Assembly (NCBI RefSeq): GCF_022539665.2
Contig: NC_081332.1
Span: forward strand, 7,006,001-7,070,000
Length of the DNA: 64,000 nucleotides
Reading direction: 5' to 3'
DNA from: Daphnia carinata
Lineage: Eukaryota
Positions 12,540 to 24,700 of this stretch are shown here, piece after piece. The translations under genes and the position numbers were made by a program. Below the pieces are notes generated by a model, which was given only the letters and a program-made list of their open reading frames with translations, was not told where the DNA came from and did no database searches. The first letter of the stretch is position 1, and each line of letters begins with the position of its first letter.

Positions 12540-13312
12540 ATCATGTTGTTTCATTACCTTATCTTCTTACAGAACAAAAGATAATTAAAAACGGGTGCTT
12601 TTTATCAGAGATACAGTTAAGCCAGTTTAATACATCAATAAAAAAGTCTGTAACAAATGGGTAGGTGTGTCGGGCTAAATTGAACGTAGGGGTAGGTAAG
12701 TCGGATTTTAAAAACGAAGGGGTAGGTTTGTCGGGCTCAAATAAACGAAGGGGTAGGTTTGTCGGGCTCAACTGAACGAAGGGGTAGGTTTGTCGGGCTC
12801 AACTAAACGAAGGGATAGGTTTATCGAGCTCAACTAAACGAAGGGTAGGTCTGTCGATCAGTTTTCCACAAAGGGTTAGGTATGTCGGTCTGTGTTAATC
12901 GATGGGGTAGGTGTGTCTTCCGGTTTTCAACGAAGAGGTAGTTATGTCGAACTGTTTTAATTGAAGGGGTTGGTGTGTTGTCGAGTTTCCATCGAAGTGG
13001 TAGGTGTGTCGGACTGTATTAATCGAAGGGGTAGGTGTGTCGATCAGTTTAAACGAACGAGTAGGTATGTATGTCTTAATAAAACAAAAGGTTACATACG
13101 ACGGCTGAAATTGTAGTTTATTTATAATGGGGTAGATGTGACGGGAGCGTCTTTTAATTTTTTAGTGGGTACATATGTCGGGGTAGCTATGACGGGGGAT
13201 GTGTTTCCATTTTCTGCAGGGGTACGTATGTCGGGGTAAATTTGTCGTTTTTTGGGGTACGTCTGAGGAACGTCTAGGTGCTTGTAACGGAGGGTAGCAC
13301 TGTCCTCGTGCC
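12540..13312 (-). repeat. Right long TIR with ~30-bp tandem subrepeats
   Basis: Inverted counterpart of 8826-9570; units aaggggtaggtttgtcgg. Confidence 0.88.
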
Positions 13313-13320
13313 AAAACCAG

Positions 13321-13890
13321 CATAGGTAATTGCCTAGTCACGGACCAAGTATTACGGACCGTCGTTGTTGAAGTAGCAGCTCTGTTAAGTGCCGGGCCGT
13401 TAACGCACTTAAGCATGGATCCAGAAGATCCGAATCCTTTAACTCCCAATCACTTTCTTTACGGTGGAGCTCGTCCGTACTTGTCCCTCCAGCTGGTCGA
13501 CGTGAGAGATATGAACGTCACTAACAAGCAGTTTTTGCAAAGCCAAGCCATCCTCCAACACTTTTGGAACAGATGGCTACGTGAATACGTTCCTCACTTA
13601 ACAGAAAGAAGAAAATGGCAAGAAAATAGGCCTAACGTCACCGTGGGAGATCTGGTGCTTGTAATCGAACCGAATACCTTGCGTGGTGAGTGGCCGTTGG
13701 GCAAAGTGCTTGCAGTCATTCCCAGCCCTACTGAGAATGTTGTTTGAGTAGTGAAAGTGAAACTCAGCAACCATCCAAGACCATGTATTCGACCTGTGGC
13801 CAAACTATGTATCATGGTTGCGGCAAAAGATCAAGAAGCTTATCCAAAGGAAGAAAACGGAATCTTCAACAGCGTAAACGTTCAACTTAA
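13321..13890 (+). pseudogene. BEL/Pao integrase C-terminal part
   Basis: VEVAALL..PLT, PLTPNHFL, FWNRWLREYVP, GDLVLV, WPLGKV, RPVAKLC; one stop at 13745-13747. Confidence 0.9.
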
Positions 13891-14235
13891 GTATTGTAAA
13901 ATGTAAATATTGCTTGTAATGAAGTTAAAATCAAGAGCTGAAAATCGCTAATTCAAAATTGCAAATGTAAAAAGTGAAATCATGTAATGTCAACACACAA
14001 ATGTAAGCAACGTAGAAAAATCGCAACTCAAACCCTGGTGGAGGATTCACTAAGCTCAGCGCCACCTATATTCAAGTTCAAATATAGGGCAAAGGGCCAA
14101 AGTTAGGTCACTTGCTGTTTAATAACAAAAAAACTGGAAACCGCTTAGCCTACCCTGCTAGCAGACGACATTCGGTTGACCTAACTCGTTTAGTGTACAC
14201 GTCTCCCCGTTAACCCTACGTCCAACGTTAGTAAA

Positions 14236-14900
14236 ATGGCCGAAAATCCACTCCCATCAGCAGCTTCGATCAAGGAAAAGCCTTAAGTGGGTTGGGAGCG
14301 TGAAGAGGAATGTTTTGCCAACCTCAAGGAGACCATCGCAGACATTTTACGGGCGAAAAAGGAAGCCATCGACCAAGTCTACAGGTACCAACGTGTGGTC
14401 GTACGTCTCGTCGTGGAGTATGAAAAGGGGCAGCAAAACCTCGTGAACGTACATGTTCACTTCAAGAGCGAGAGAGACCCTGATGAGTGAGTACATCGGG
14501 TCTCTCTTACGCAAGGATCGAGAAAAGGTGGCCGATGCTCCGTTACCCACGCCGGTGGCCACTCCAGATCGTCTTACGTTCATCGTCCCGCTGCACACTC
14601 CTAACATCCCGTGCTTCTTGAAGTTGCACGTTAAGGGAGCAACCCCATGCAAGAGGATGATCTCAACATGTGAGGATTTTATGCTCCTCACCAACCAGGA
14701 CCGGTTAGAGCTCCTCTTCCAACAACGCTGGTGCTTTGGGCGCTTCTTACCGACGGCCGTAGCTGGACACGTGAGGCTCAGGGATTACCCCCACCCTCGT
14801 CAGTGCGCGTTGTGCAACACCCGTGACCACCACCATATCCTCTGTGGCACAAAAAGGCCTACAAGGAATTTCTCCCCAACCATTGAAGAAATTATGTGTA
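14236..14900 (+). pseudogene. Extra post-integrase ORF: helical N-terminus plus BEL-Gag-like Cys/His cluster
   Basis: ATG at 14236, one stop (14284) and one frameshift (~14480); motif C..F..L....R..L....WCFG......GH.......CALC...HHHILC. Confidence 0.55.
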
Positions 14901-15001
14901 CACCTTGCTCTTCTGACGTGTTCTTTGTTTTTTCTTGTTGGCACGGACCTGCAAATTTAGTGAGCCCCCTTTTTTGTTTTCTTTTTACCCCTTTTTGGAA
15001 G

Positions 15002-15237
15002 GTGAAGTCAGTTCGCATTAAGTGTTCACACAGATAATTGTCCCGTTTGTTTTTTCATCAAACTTTGTCTCAGTTTTTGTCCGTTGACTCCCAATCAAGC
15101 GTTCGTTTTGTGTTTCTCCCCTAAAACCCAGAAATAAAGCGTGTTTCTTTTTCTAACATCATCTCTTCCTTTAGTCATTCTCATCTCTATCATCCTCATT
15201 CTCTCTCTTACATCCCCAGCACGGGGAATTCGTAACA
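15002..15237 (+). repeat. Probable 3' LTR of the BEL remnant (5' edge uncertain)
   Basis: Similar to the reverse complement of LTR 26897-27121 (gtctcagttttt, ccaatca, cccagcacgg...gtaaca); contains AATAAA. Confidence 0.6.
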
Positions 15238-15449
15238 CAAATGCTTGTTTTTAATTCTTTTCATGCTACAACGCATATATTTTCGTAACTCTCCTTTTCT
15301 AGCATACAATATATTCAATGGCTTCGTTCTCGTAAGCTAAACGTATAGCCTGGGAATTCATACCTTGCGCAAATTGGTTTTTAAGCCGCTGACGCTACCT
15401 TGCAAAACCCAAGGTAGTTAACCCAAAACTATCCCTGGCTTCAGCAGCC

Positions 15450-16430
15450 ACCGATCGATACGTGAAATACAAACAACAATCAATCGAACAACAAGGGAGA
15501 TCACAGTACCCCAAGCGGAGTACTCAGCCAAAGTTCGCTTCCAGGATAACTAAATGAAATCTTATAAGTAAATGAAATCAGAGCAGGGAATATAGCTATT
15601 CACACAGCAGAGAAATTCGTTTTTCAAAAAGCAGAAACGCAAATCCATTTAGAAGGATTTACAGCACACAAGGCTGGAGATATGGCATACCAACGAGAGA
15701 TCGTGAGCCGACATACAAACAAAACTTTCCACTCCAAAGGAAAAACTTGTATACGGAACAATAAAGAAATTTCCAACAACCATACAGAGTGAACTACCAA
15801 ACAAATAAGAGTTACTCTCCAAGAACCGAAACAATCGCCAATACCAAAATTGGCCTACACACAACACAGAAGTCCGTGCTCCGAGGAACAGAGGTATTAT
15901 TTGCCATAAGTGTAACCAAAAGGGACGCAAAGTGTAAAGCTTACTCCCCGTAGGGTTAAAGACTTTACGGAATTAAGACATTTAATAAATGAAGAACTCG
16001 AAATGTGCTTTATCCACAATGATGAATGTATTTTCTAGGCTAGGACATCATAATACAGAAAAAGAATTGCAATATAAGAAGACGCGAGATACAGTGAGGA
16101 ACCTGAAAGTGAAATTCATGTAAATTTGATTCTAACAGACAAATAGAAATGCTTCAACTAATACGCATACCCATTAGAAATATTGAAATAGTAACAAGAG
16201 ATTACGTAGGAACTGGAGCAGAAGCCAGTCTAGTATCTGCAAATACATTATTTAGTATAAAAGATATAAATTTGAAACCAATTAAAACCCACAAAACTCC
16301 CCGATATTTAAGACAGCATCTCTGTTCAGTTACTAAAATCAATAGGACAACATAATTAACAATTGCAATAAGTAATAGTGATTTAATTAATCACTACTTC
16401 CATAGAAAGGAAGATTTTAATGAAAATTGT
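15450..16430 (+). pseudogene. Highly degraded Gypsy gag/protease remnant
   Basis: IICHKCNQKG knuckle-like segment (~15895-15930) and YVGTGAEASLVS, a decayed DTGA protease motif (~16200-16240). Confidence 0.5.
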
Positions 16431-17859
16431 ATTTTATTTAGAACATCTGTCTCAGGTTTGAGACACTCGTGTTCGATTCCAGTAACATTGTCGGTTTTCC
16501 ATTATAGGAGGACAGCATTTTTGAAACTTTAGCATTTGCTAAAATTTAATGCAAGTTCAGAAAAGTAGGCTTTCATTTCAGTTTCCGCAATATTAACTAC
16601 TGATTTTAACTACAGTCTTACGCAGATAATACAGTTGAACAGTTTATACTTTGGTAGTCAAGAATTCTAGATTCTGATTTTTGATTCTGGTTCGTATTCA
16701 CTGATTCGTTTTCTTGATTTTTATCCTGAAAAAGTCTTGAACTATTTTGAATTTTGCTCTCTAAACCATTGAAAGTGTTATTCTATTCGGGTTTGATTCC
16801 AAACCGATTTCAAATTGATTCGGCCGATCACTGCCTGAGGGCATAAATTTGACTTCTCTCCCTTTTTTTATTGTGAAATACAACGCAAATGTGGATAGTC
16901 TTATAATCACTCATTTGCGCTGCCATCTGGCATCGGATAAATATAACTTTGATGAAATTATTTTCTTTCCATTGCAGCCCAGTTTTCTTACTATTGTGAC
17001 GAGAAGTGGCAACCATCAACGAATCAAGTGATTTCCCCTTTTTCTTTCCACAACCGTTGACAGATTAAATTTGCCGACTGTTGGATTCACTTCTCTCTCC
17101 ACACTTTTTTGGTGGCATTTAGCAATGGGAGTTCATAATACGGAAGAGAAATATGATCAGGTTTAGCGTATCTCTTTAACTCTACTATCCCATACGCATT
17201 TCGCACTGTGGACGACTTTGTAGTCAGTATATAGTTACACGGTGGGAAACGAGCAGGCTGGCCGATCATGGAACAAGGAGATTTTTAAGTAAGAAAACGG
17301 GGGTATTGTCATACTAATAATGTTGTTTGTTCGACAATTTCTGCAATGGAACATCCAGAGATAAGGATATGGGACACGGAATAAGGAAAGCCGCCATGAC
17401 AAATTTCGGAACTCCATCTAGCGGCTAAATTCTTCTCTTGTTCATTAGCAGACGAATTCTATGTAAAAAAAACAATGTTAAAGAGGCTGATTTGAAATGG
17501 TCAAGGAAAGTCAGACAATGCACCAGATAAAAACACACAAAAAAGTTTTATTACTAAAAGTAAACTCATATGAAATTAGTTTTACAGATTGGTGTAAATT
17601 ATGACTTGTTTAACTGGTTACGATGAGTTTCTTCATACATTTTTGACTGAATATTTTGATGTAAGATAAACATCTTATTTTGAAAAATCTGCTAACAACA
17701 AATTTAACAAGGTAATTAACAATATTGAATTCCTCTTCATGATGGTCTTGGGGTCCGTCTGTATCGATATGTCCGTACAAAACTACCGAATTAGGTCTAC
17801 TGTTAGCTAATATATTCCATTTCGCTGAGAACAAAAGCCAGTATGGCAAAGCGAAACCG

Positions 17860-18022
17860 AAGTGAAGTGAGGACAAAAAGAAGTTTTTTAAGGTTTAAAT
17901 CTAGGCGTCTAATATTTCAACCAGATAATTCGTCGCAGGGCATCATTAGGAAACTTATTAAATGAAACTGGTGGATCACTTCTCTTCGAATAGCAGTTAA
18001 CGGCACGACATTTGGGAGGCAT
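17860..18022 (-). pseudogene. THAP zinc-finger domain remnant (P-element/Harbinger-associated or host THAP gene)
   Basis: MPPKCRAVNCYSKRSDPPVSFNKFPNDALRRIIWLK, then (frameshifted) SSLHF, matching the C-x-C...FP...W...CSxHF pattern. Confidence 0.65.
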
Positions 18023-19139
18023 TTGCACATTTTTACCAAAACAGAAGAAAAAACCACATCTAGCTGGGTATTTTGCAGGATAAAATGTGATAGTTAGCTA
18101 ACAGGTTCCTGGAAAGTAATAGGAAGCCAAAAATTCCAGAAAATCGACCCCTTTTGATTCAACAAGTTTTCATCGCCCTCCGAGTCACAGAACTTTCTTT
18201 GTGTATTTTTATCTGGCGAATTGTTCCACTTCCCTTGCCCACATTCAAATCAGCCGCCTGCCACATTGGTTACTTGCAGGGAATTCGTCTGCTAATGATG
18301 AAGGCAGGAAATTACCCGATAGATGTTGAGCCAAAATGTGTCATGGTGGCTATAACACGGCCGTGTCCCATCTCCTTATCTCTGGGAACATCGGCCATCC
18401 AATGGCAGCAAATAAACAGGTTTTGCAGGTGGACGGACGGAAAGCTATGATGGCGGCCAGGTATAGTGTATAGACGGAAAAAGTGTACAGATAGACACCT
18501 GCAAGAGGCTTGACGAGGAAACAAAAACAACATTGGTTTGGCCGGTAATAAAATGTGGAAATTGGGTACCAAAAAGAATCATTTTTATGGGTTTTTTCTT
18601 TGGTAAAAAGATGGATTACCAAAAAACAGCAATACTTTTGAATCTTCAAAATAAATGGACCTAACTATAATTTCAGTTAGATGATTTGACGGACAGAAAA
18701 TATAATTTCCTGTAGTTAGAGTAGTCGCGGGTAAAAAGAAGGGTTACCAACAAAACAGCTGCTACTTTTGATTTCTCAAAAACAAATGTAGCCGTTCAGA
18801 ATCATGGCAAACAAAAAAATGGAATTACAAGAGGCTCGAGTTTTTCTATTGTTTTTCCGCTTCGAGCAATTTAAGTTGGGAAGCCGAATGCTTACAGTCT
18901 TTGCCCTAGTTCCTCAGACGACAATGGAGAAAATCCATTTTCGACGACGAAAAACCTTGCTTCGTTACCATCTAAAAAACGTCCACTAATACATAACAAT
19001 GATTTATTAAAAATTACTTATAAGGGTAAACGTTTAAAGGGGTTTTCACTAAAGAGTCTAAAAATCATGTTTTAGAAACATTCCACCGTAAGAAAATTGT
19101 GTTTAAAATATCATATTGATGTCTTAAGCCACCATGATA

Positions 19140-20030
19140 GGCCACAGGCCCAGTGGAGGAGGCATCGACAGATACGACCAGAGGATGGGGGTTGGTACAG
19201 ACGGACCACTGGTAGCGAAGCAAATGCAACTTTGAGCTTCTCTAGGTTGGTGTGATTTCGCGCGTCCCACACCCCTGAATTAGTTCATACGTACGTAGCA
19301 ACTATCAATCTTTAACGTCTTGAATCACCCAGAACGGCCTTTCTCAGCGGACAAAGGTGGGTATGGAGAAATAGGCTTCTGACCGGCCGGAAGGGACTCA
19401 GTGGATGCTCTGCTGCTGAGTTCTCTGCTGAACACCCGATTGGTCCTTTTCCGCTTTGACTGTCTCTGCATTGACTTTATTGCAATTGTTGCAATACCGA
19501 TTGAGGTGGCTAACGTGACCACATCGATGGCATATCTGGTCAGCCACCCAACAGGCTCCTTTTAGGTGATGGTGGCCACATTGACCGCAATATTAGCAAC
19601 TATTTGAGCAGCTGCTGTCCCCACCGTGTTGCTGCTGTCCGCGTTTTTGCCGTGGCCCTGAGGAACCAGGCTTGCTGCTATTATTCTTGCCGCGGCCACC
19701 GGTCTTCCAGCGATGTACGGCCTCTGCTCACTTCATCTGATCAAGCTGCAACTTGGGCGTTTCGGACAATCAGAGAATTTGGATTGCTTAGGTAAACTGA
19801 AGATCTTGTTCGATAGCAAGGTAGAGGAGTCGGCAACACCGAGAAATAATTGGTCACGCTTGTTGGACTCAGCATCGCCTTCATAGTTGCAATTCTTTAT
19901 GGGGCTCTGCAATTCTTGTAGCCATGACTCACAAACACGAACCTCTCGTACACCTCACTGCTGAAAGGCTTGAAATGAAGAGCAAACTTGTACAACATTG
20001 ATTTGATCTTGTTCGTATCACCTCTCGACT
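19140..20030 (-). pseudogene. Gypsy (Mag-like) remnant: gag with two knuckles joined by deletion to the RT-RNaseH linker
   Basis: SEVYERFVF, CNYEG..RDQLFLGV, CGQCGHHH..GAC...QICHRCGHVSHLNRYC, then LEKLKVAFASLPVVRLY and VSVDASSTG. Confidence 0.65.
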
Positions 20031-20389
20031 TTAAGTTATTAAAGAGATAGAGGTTATGATAGTCTAGTTTATTTTAGCCTTATGTTTAATGAACTTTTTT
20101 CTATTCAAAATTTAGTTATTTAGAATTTCCTACTAATAATAATTATATATCCGAAGTTGATTCAAGTATGGAAATTGTCTCTGAACCATCTCTTGACATA
20201 TCCACCAACATTGGTAAGGCGAAAACTAGTTCTACGTTCAAAAACAAAAGGGAAAATAGGTGAGAAAATGAAACATGAAACAAACTTTAAGCCAACCAAA
20301 TTAATTCACATTATAATTCCAAGTTCAATTTTAGATGGTGAAAAACGTATCATTCTCTATCCTGAAACGCTTATCAAATAAGTTGGGCC

Positions 20390-21088
20390 AGGCAAGAGAA
20401 AGGGAACTTCGTATGATGAATGCCTTATTGGACAGTGCAAAGTAAAGCCAAATGCACTACCAGCAGTAGACAATTTAAGAGGCAACATCACAAAACACCT
20501 TTAAATTAAATATAACAAAGAAAATTTTGAAAATTTCAATTTTCTATGCAAAGAAACTGACATTACCAAGTGAAACGAATTTCAAATTGAAACGAAGTAG
20601 TTCTTTCCTGAAAACACAAGGAACTGCAGCAACATTAAAAGAAACTCAAACAAAACTATCGTAAAGTGCCAACCTACGAATTTTAGGTCTTAAATACATT
20701 ACGAGACCGAAATTTAGATTTTTTTTGTGCATACTATGCCCTCGTCTTGGAGTCAAAACAAAACGATACTGTGAGAAGTGCGATAAGTGTTTCCTTCGAA
20801 AGAAAAAGATAAGGCTTAAAGGAAACCTGAATCAAGCAAAATGGCTCTGCAATATGGCTGACTGGTTTTAAGGGCCAACAGTTCGTTATAGTAAAATCAC
20901 ATCAATACAGAAGTGATTTTCATGAAGTTGGATCGTATTATGCAAAAAAATTGTACCGCTACCGTTACCGTGTGTTACTTAGAAAAAAAATTACCGCGGT
21001 AGTACCACTACCGCTTTACTTTTGAAGAAAAATTGAAGTACCGCTACCGCGGTAGCGGTACTATTTAAAAGTACCGCTTCCAACCCTG
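20390..21088 (+). mobile_element. Internally deleted hAT remnant with intact right end
   Basis: BED-like CLIGQC...NITKHL; LNQAKWLCNMADW (first catalytic D region); taccgc subterminal repeats ending ...CTTCCAACCCTG. Confidence 0.6.
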
Positions 21089-21169
21089 ACCGTTATTGAT
21101 GAATAATCATCGTATTAAGGTGCAATTGTATTAGGCCTATCCGTGTTACTGAATGTTTCCATTTTTCCT

Positions 21170-21730
21170 GTGGCAATATGCAATGTAAATATATCAAACC
21201 GATCAATCTAAATCTGCTTCTAGATTTCTCTGTGTGGTATTCCTAATATTTAAATATGTAATCCTTCAGAAAAAGTACCATAGAAGCCCATATACGAGTA
21301 ATGGATTAAGCAGGATATCTTAAGCAGGAGATCACGTGTTCGAGTCTCGTTGGGACCTATTAGTTTAATGATATGCAAAGTAAATATGTAAAAAACATAA
21401 ACGTGAATCTGCTGCTACATTTGTCAGCGTGGTATTCTTAATATTGAAATATGTAATGATTAAGAGCATTAGCATAGTAACCCATTTACTTTTAAGGAGT
21501 AAAGATCTCCTATCTAATTCATTGCAATTTGTGATTGTATGAACGTTGAACGTATTCTTTTTTAACCTTTCCTATTTCCCAATGGTTAATAGCCAATGAA
21601 ACCACTGGTCTCAGGGGTAAATGGCAAAGCTCATGCCTAGAAAGCGGGAAATCATAAGTTCGATTCTAGTTGGGATCTATTAAATTCATGAAATGGAAAA
21701 CAGATTTATCTAACCCAACAATGTATACCT
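21170..21730 (+). repeat. Tandem ~300-bp tRNA-containing repeat array, left part
   Basis: Recurrent spacer motifs (aatctgcttctagattt, agtagcccat, aaagatctcct, ggttaatagc) alternate with tRNA-like sequences; continues at 27255. Confidence 0.8.
21607..21678 (+). tRNA. Degenerate tRNA-like gene (Thr-like body, anticodon AGA), probable pseudogene
   Basis: GGTCTCA...TGGCAAAGC...CATGC-CTAGAAA-GCGGG...GTTCGATT...TGGGATC-T; several stem mismatches. Confidence 0.55.
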
Positions 21731-24700
21731 GATTCTACATTTCTCCGTGAGAAATAAAGCAAATAAAGTTAATATAATATAAGTAAATAAAGTTAATATA
21801 ATATAAGTAAATAAAGTTAAAAGCTGAATAGCTGGCAGTAGTATGGGGTGTTTAGTCGCGTAGTCTATTGGTGCGTAAAGTATACGTTCACCTACTCGCA
21901 ACTGATCGACTTCGTCCAATAAGGACTTGAAGATGCAATGCTAGGATCTGAGTAGCAATTCCAGATTCTTGCGAAGGGCGTAGATGTCTTCAACAAAGCC
22001 CAATTCCTGCGCACGTTTGATGCATATTACCAGCGACGTTATCATGTCTTCTGTCGTTAGCTCTCCGGCCATGTGTTTTTCGCAACGTAATTATCGCCTG
22101 AGCGATTTTAGAAAATCTTTCACTACAAGCTAGAATTCGTTTAAGTTTCAACAGACTGGGAAAACGGGTGACACATCGATCGATGACGTGGTTTTCATCC
22201 TCCGTTTTGACCGCTAGGATACGAATCACGTTTACATCCCGTTCTTGTGGCTCCGTAATTTCTTCCCAAGTGTAGCATTCTGATGGGTCCAGATTCAGGA
22301 CCGGAGGTCCTTTGGGAAAGTTGAATAACTCGTTGACATGGTCGATGCACCCACTGCAGAGGTCTGCGGGATTTTAGTCTCCACCAACATGATGCCATTG
22401 CCGACGACCCGTGTTGCGGAGTATTTTACCGATGCGGTTGTTGACGAAAACTTCAAATCGGCAGGGATTCGAATGGATCAAACGCAACACCGTTTGTGAG
22501 TCGGTATGGAAGGTTACTTGACGCAGGTCGATTCCCAGTTCACGACAAATCGTGAGAGCGATATTGAGACCCTCTACTGCAGCTTACAGCTTTAAACGTG
22601 GAATCGTGAGACCTTACACCCGTATAGCATGTGTTTTTGATTTGACAATAAACGACACGCTAATCCACTGGTCCTCGAATACGGTACGGAAGTAATCTAC
22701 AGCTCCGAAACCTTTGAAGCTTGCACCCGTAAAGACATGGAGGTGCTTGTGTGTCGAACGACAACGTTTGGATCGGAAACATCTCGGAACCGAAAGAGAC
22801 TCAAATAAATTTTCGTGGTGGTCATACCAGCAATAGAATCGTTGCCCCAATTTTTCAGGTTACGCGTCGTCCCAGCCAACCCGTTTCTCATTCATCCAGA
22901 TGTCTTGGAGCAAAGACTTCATGAGAAACACAACAGGTTCTACGAGTCCCAGCGGGTCGTAGACACTAGAGATAATGCTTAAGAAGGCTCCCTTGGTGAG
23001 GATCTCGTTGTTCAACGGCTTTCGTATCTTGAACGTCAGCATATCTCTCGCTGTCCCACATCACCTGGGGTGTTCTTTCAATGGGGAGTCTTTCCATGTC
23101 TAGGTCCAGAGTTGGTGAAGCGAGGCCGAATTTCCGTAACGCTGCTATCACTGTCATCGATGACGATGTCCACTTCGTTAACTTGAAACCACCTAATTGA
23201 AGAAGGGCTTTCATTTGGCGGGACCGTTTGACTGCCTTTTCTTCCGAATCATAGAGTCTCTCGAGTCGAGGTAGTTGTCGAAGTAAAAATTCCGTCGAAC
23301 ACTGTCAGCTACTTCTGGGAACTGGTCGCGATTATCATCGGCAGTTCTGTTGAGGGCGAATATGCAGGACGTCAGAGATGATACCGCCCGAAATACATGA
23401 ACGGTCATCTGGTACGTCAACGGAGCTGAACCGCTGCCAATCGTCCGGTAGACAAATCGGAAGGCTGCCTGGTCGTCTTCGGGAACTTTCACCTGGCGAA
23501 ACATTTTCTCGATGTCCGCTCCGACTGGTATGAGATAACGGCGGAAGCGGAGAAGCACACGGAGTAGGCTAACGAGTAAGTTAGGTCCCCGAACCAAGTT
23601 CTCATTAATCGATGTGCCAACCAATTCTGCAGCTCCGTCGAATACGACTCGGACTTTGGTTGATTAGCAAGACGGGCTCACGACCGCGTGATTCGGTAGA
23701 TATCATGTCTTCTTCGTCTCCGTCCGTGCCTCTTGAGTCTCGAGGAGTCTGGCGTACTCAGGCCGGTGTTTTCCTTTACCACTGCATCGTATTTTTGGGC
23801 GAAACTAACGTCTCGATGATTATGTTGAGAGAGCGTAGAGCCTCTTCAATGCAGACGACCGATTGTTCGGAAGGTTTACGTCGTCGGCTCTCCACATTAA
23901 ACCGACTTGATATCGATTCCCAATATTTTTTACTGAGGGTTCAAGGATACGTTTTCCGCGTAGATCGTCTTCAGACAGAACGGGCTGTTCTACATCCATG
24001 TCTTTGGCCTCGAGCTACTAAAATTTCTTGACCAACTCGTTTAGGTCTAGGTCTCGTCTAGGTCTCGCTTACCAGATGAGCGATGAACGGGTGTCCATCC
24101 TGTGGCAGGTCCGTTTGACCACCCAAACACCAACCAAACGGTGTCTTGAAGGCGATGGGCCCAGTCGTTCAAGCCGGTGGCTAGATGGAAGTTACATGAT
24201 CATGGTCCTCTGCTACGTCGATTGCTATCAGCACGGTTACATCCTCTTGTTAAACGGTCGGGACATCAATACCACGTAGGTGTGTCCATAACTCCAATTG
24301 TCGAGGGTCGAGCGACGAATACGGCGTCACCTTCAACTGGTTTGTACCATCCCTAGGTCGAAGTTCACTACGAAAGCCGACACGTTAGATGTGGGTCCAT
24401 CAGTCCAGTCCGGTCCAACGAGTCACAACCTTCTCGCTATGTCACTCCTAATCAGCATGGTTTCGCTTCCGGTATCCAGAAAACCAAAAGGGTCGACCCA
24501 CGTTTGACCAACTCCAATATGAACCGGTACGATCTTGAAACGTACACGTCGTTTTACCGTTTCCAAGTGGGTTAGGGTCCCAAGGAATGCGGTCGATGGT
24601 GGCGCTGGGTGGCGCTGGGGCCCATTGCAATGGTACAGTTAATATCCTTGGGACATTCCTTGCGTTCGTGTTTGCTTGTGAGACACAACAGACTTCTTCC

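Larger units (their letters stand above)
8826..13312. mobile_element. Non-autonomous long-TIR (foldback/Mutator-like) DNA element carrying a captured GALNT sequence
   Basis: Termini GGGATAGAGACAGTG and (reverse complement) GGCACGAGGACAGTG; perfect 8-bp TSD AAAACCAG (8818-8825, 13313-13320); ~750-bp inverted arms; removing it restores the BEL integrase frame. Confidence 0.88.
8779..15237 (+). mobile_element. 3' part of a BEL/Pao retrotransposon, interrupted by the 8826-13312 insertion
   Basis: Integrase WERTVQSCKRAMKT continues as SIGNCLVTDQVLRT after the insertion; PLTPNHFL, WLREY and WPLGKV motifs; LTR-like end cccagcacggggaattcgtaaca at 15237 resembles the BEL LTR end at 26897. Confidence 0.85.

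Noticed and set aside
16660..16833. gattc repeats ending GGCCGATCACTG, a possible hAT end (similar tgatcg repeats near 29810-29900)
   Set aside because: No matching opposite terminus or TSD found.
21755..21820. 24-bp AT-rich tandem repeat giving a LFTYIILT repeat in an ORF
   Set aside because: Local slippage at the BEL truncation junction; the peptide is an artefact.
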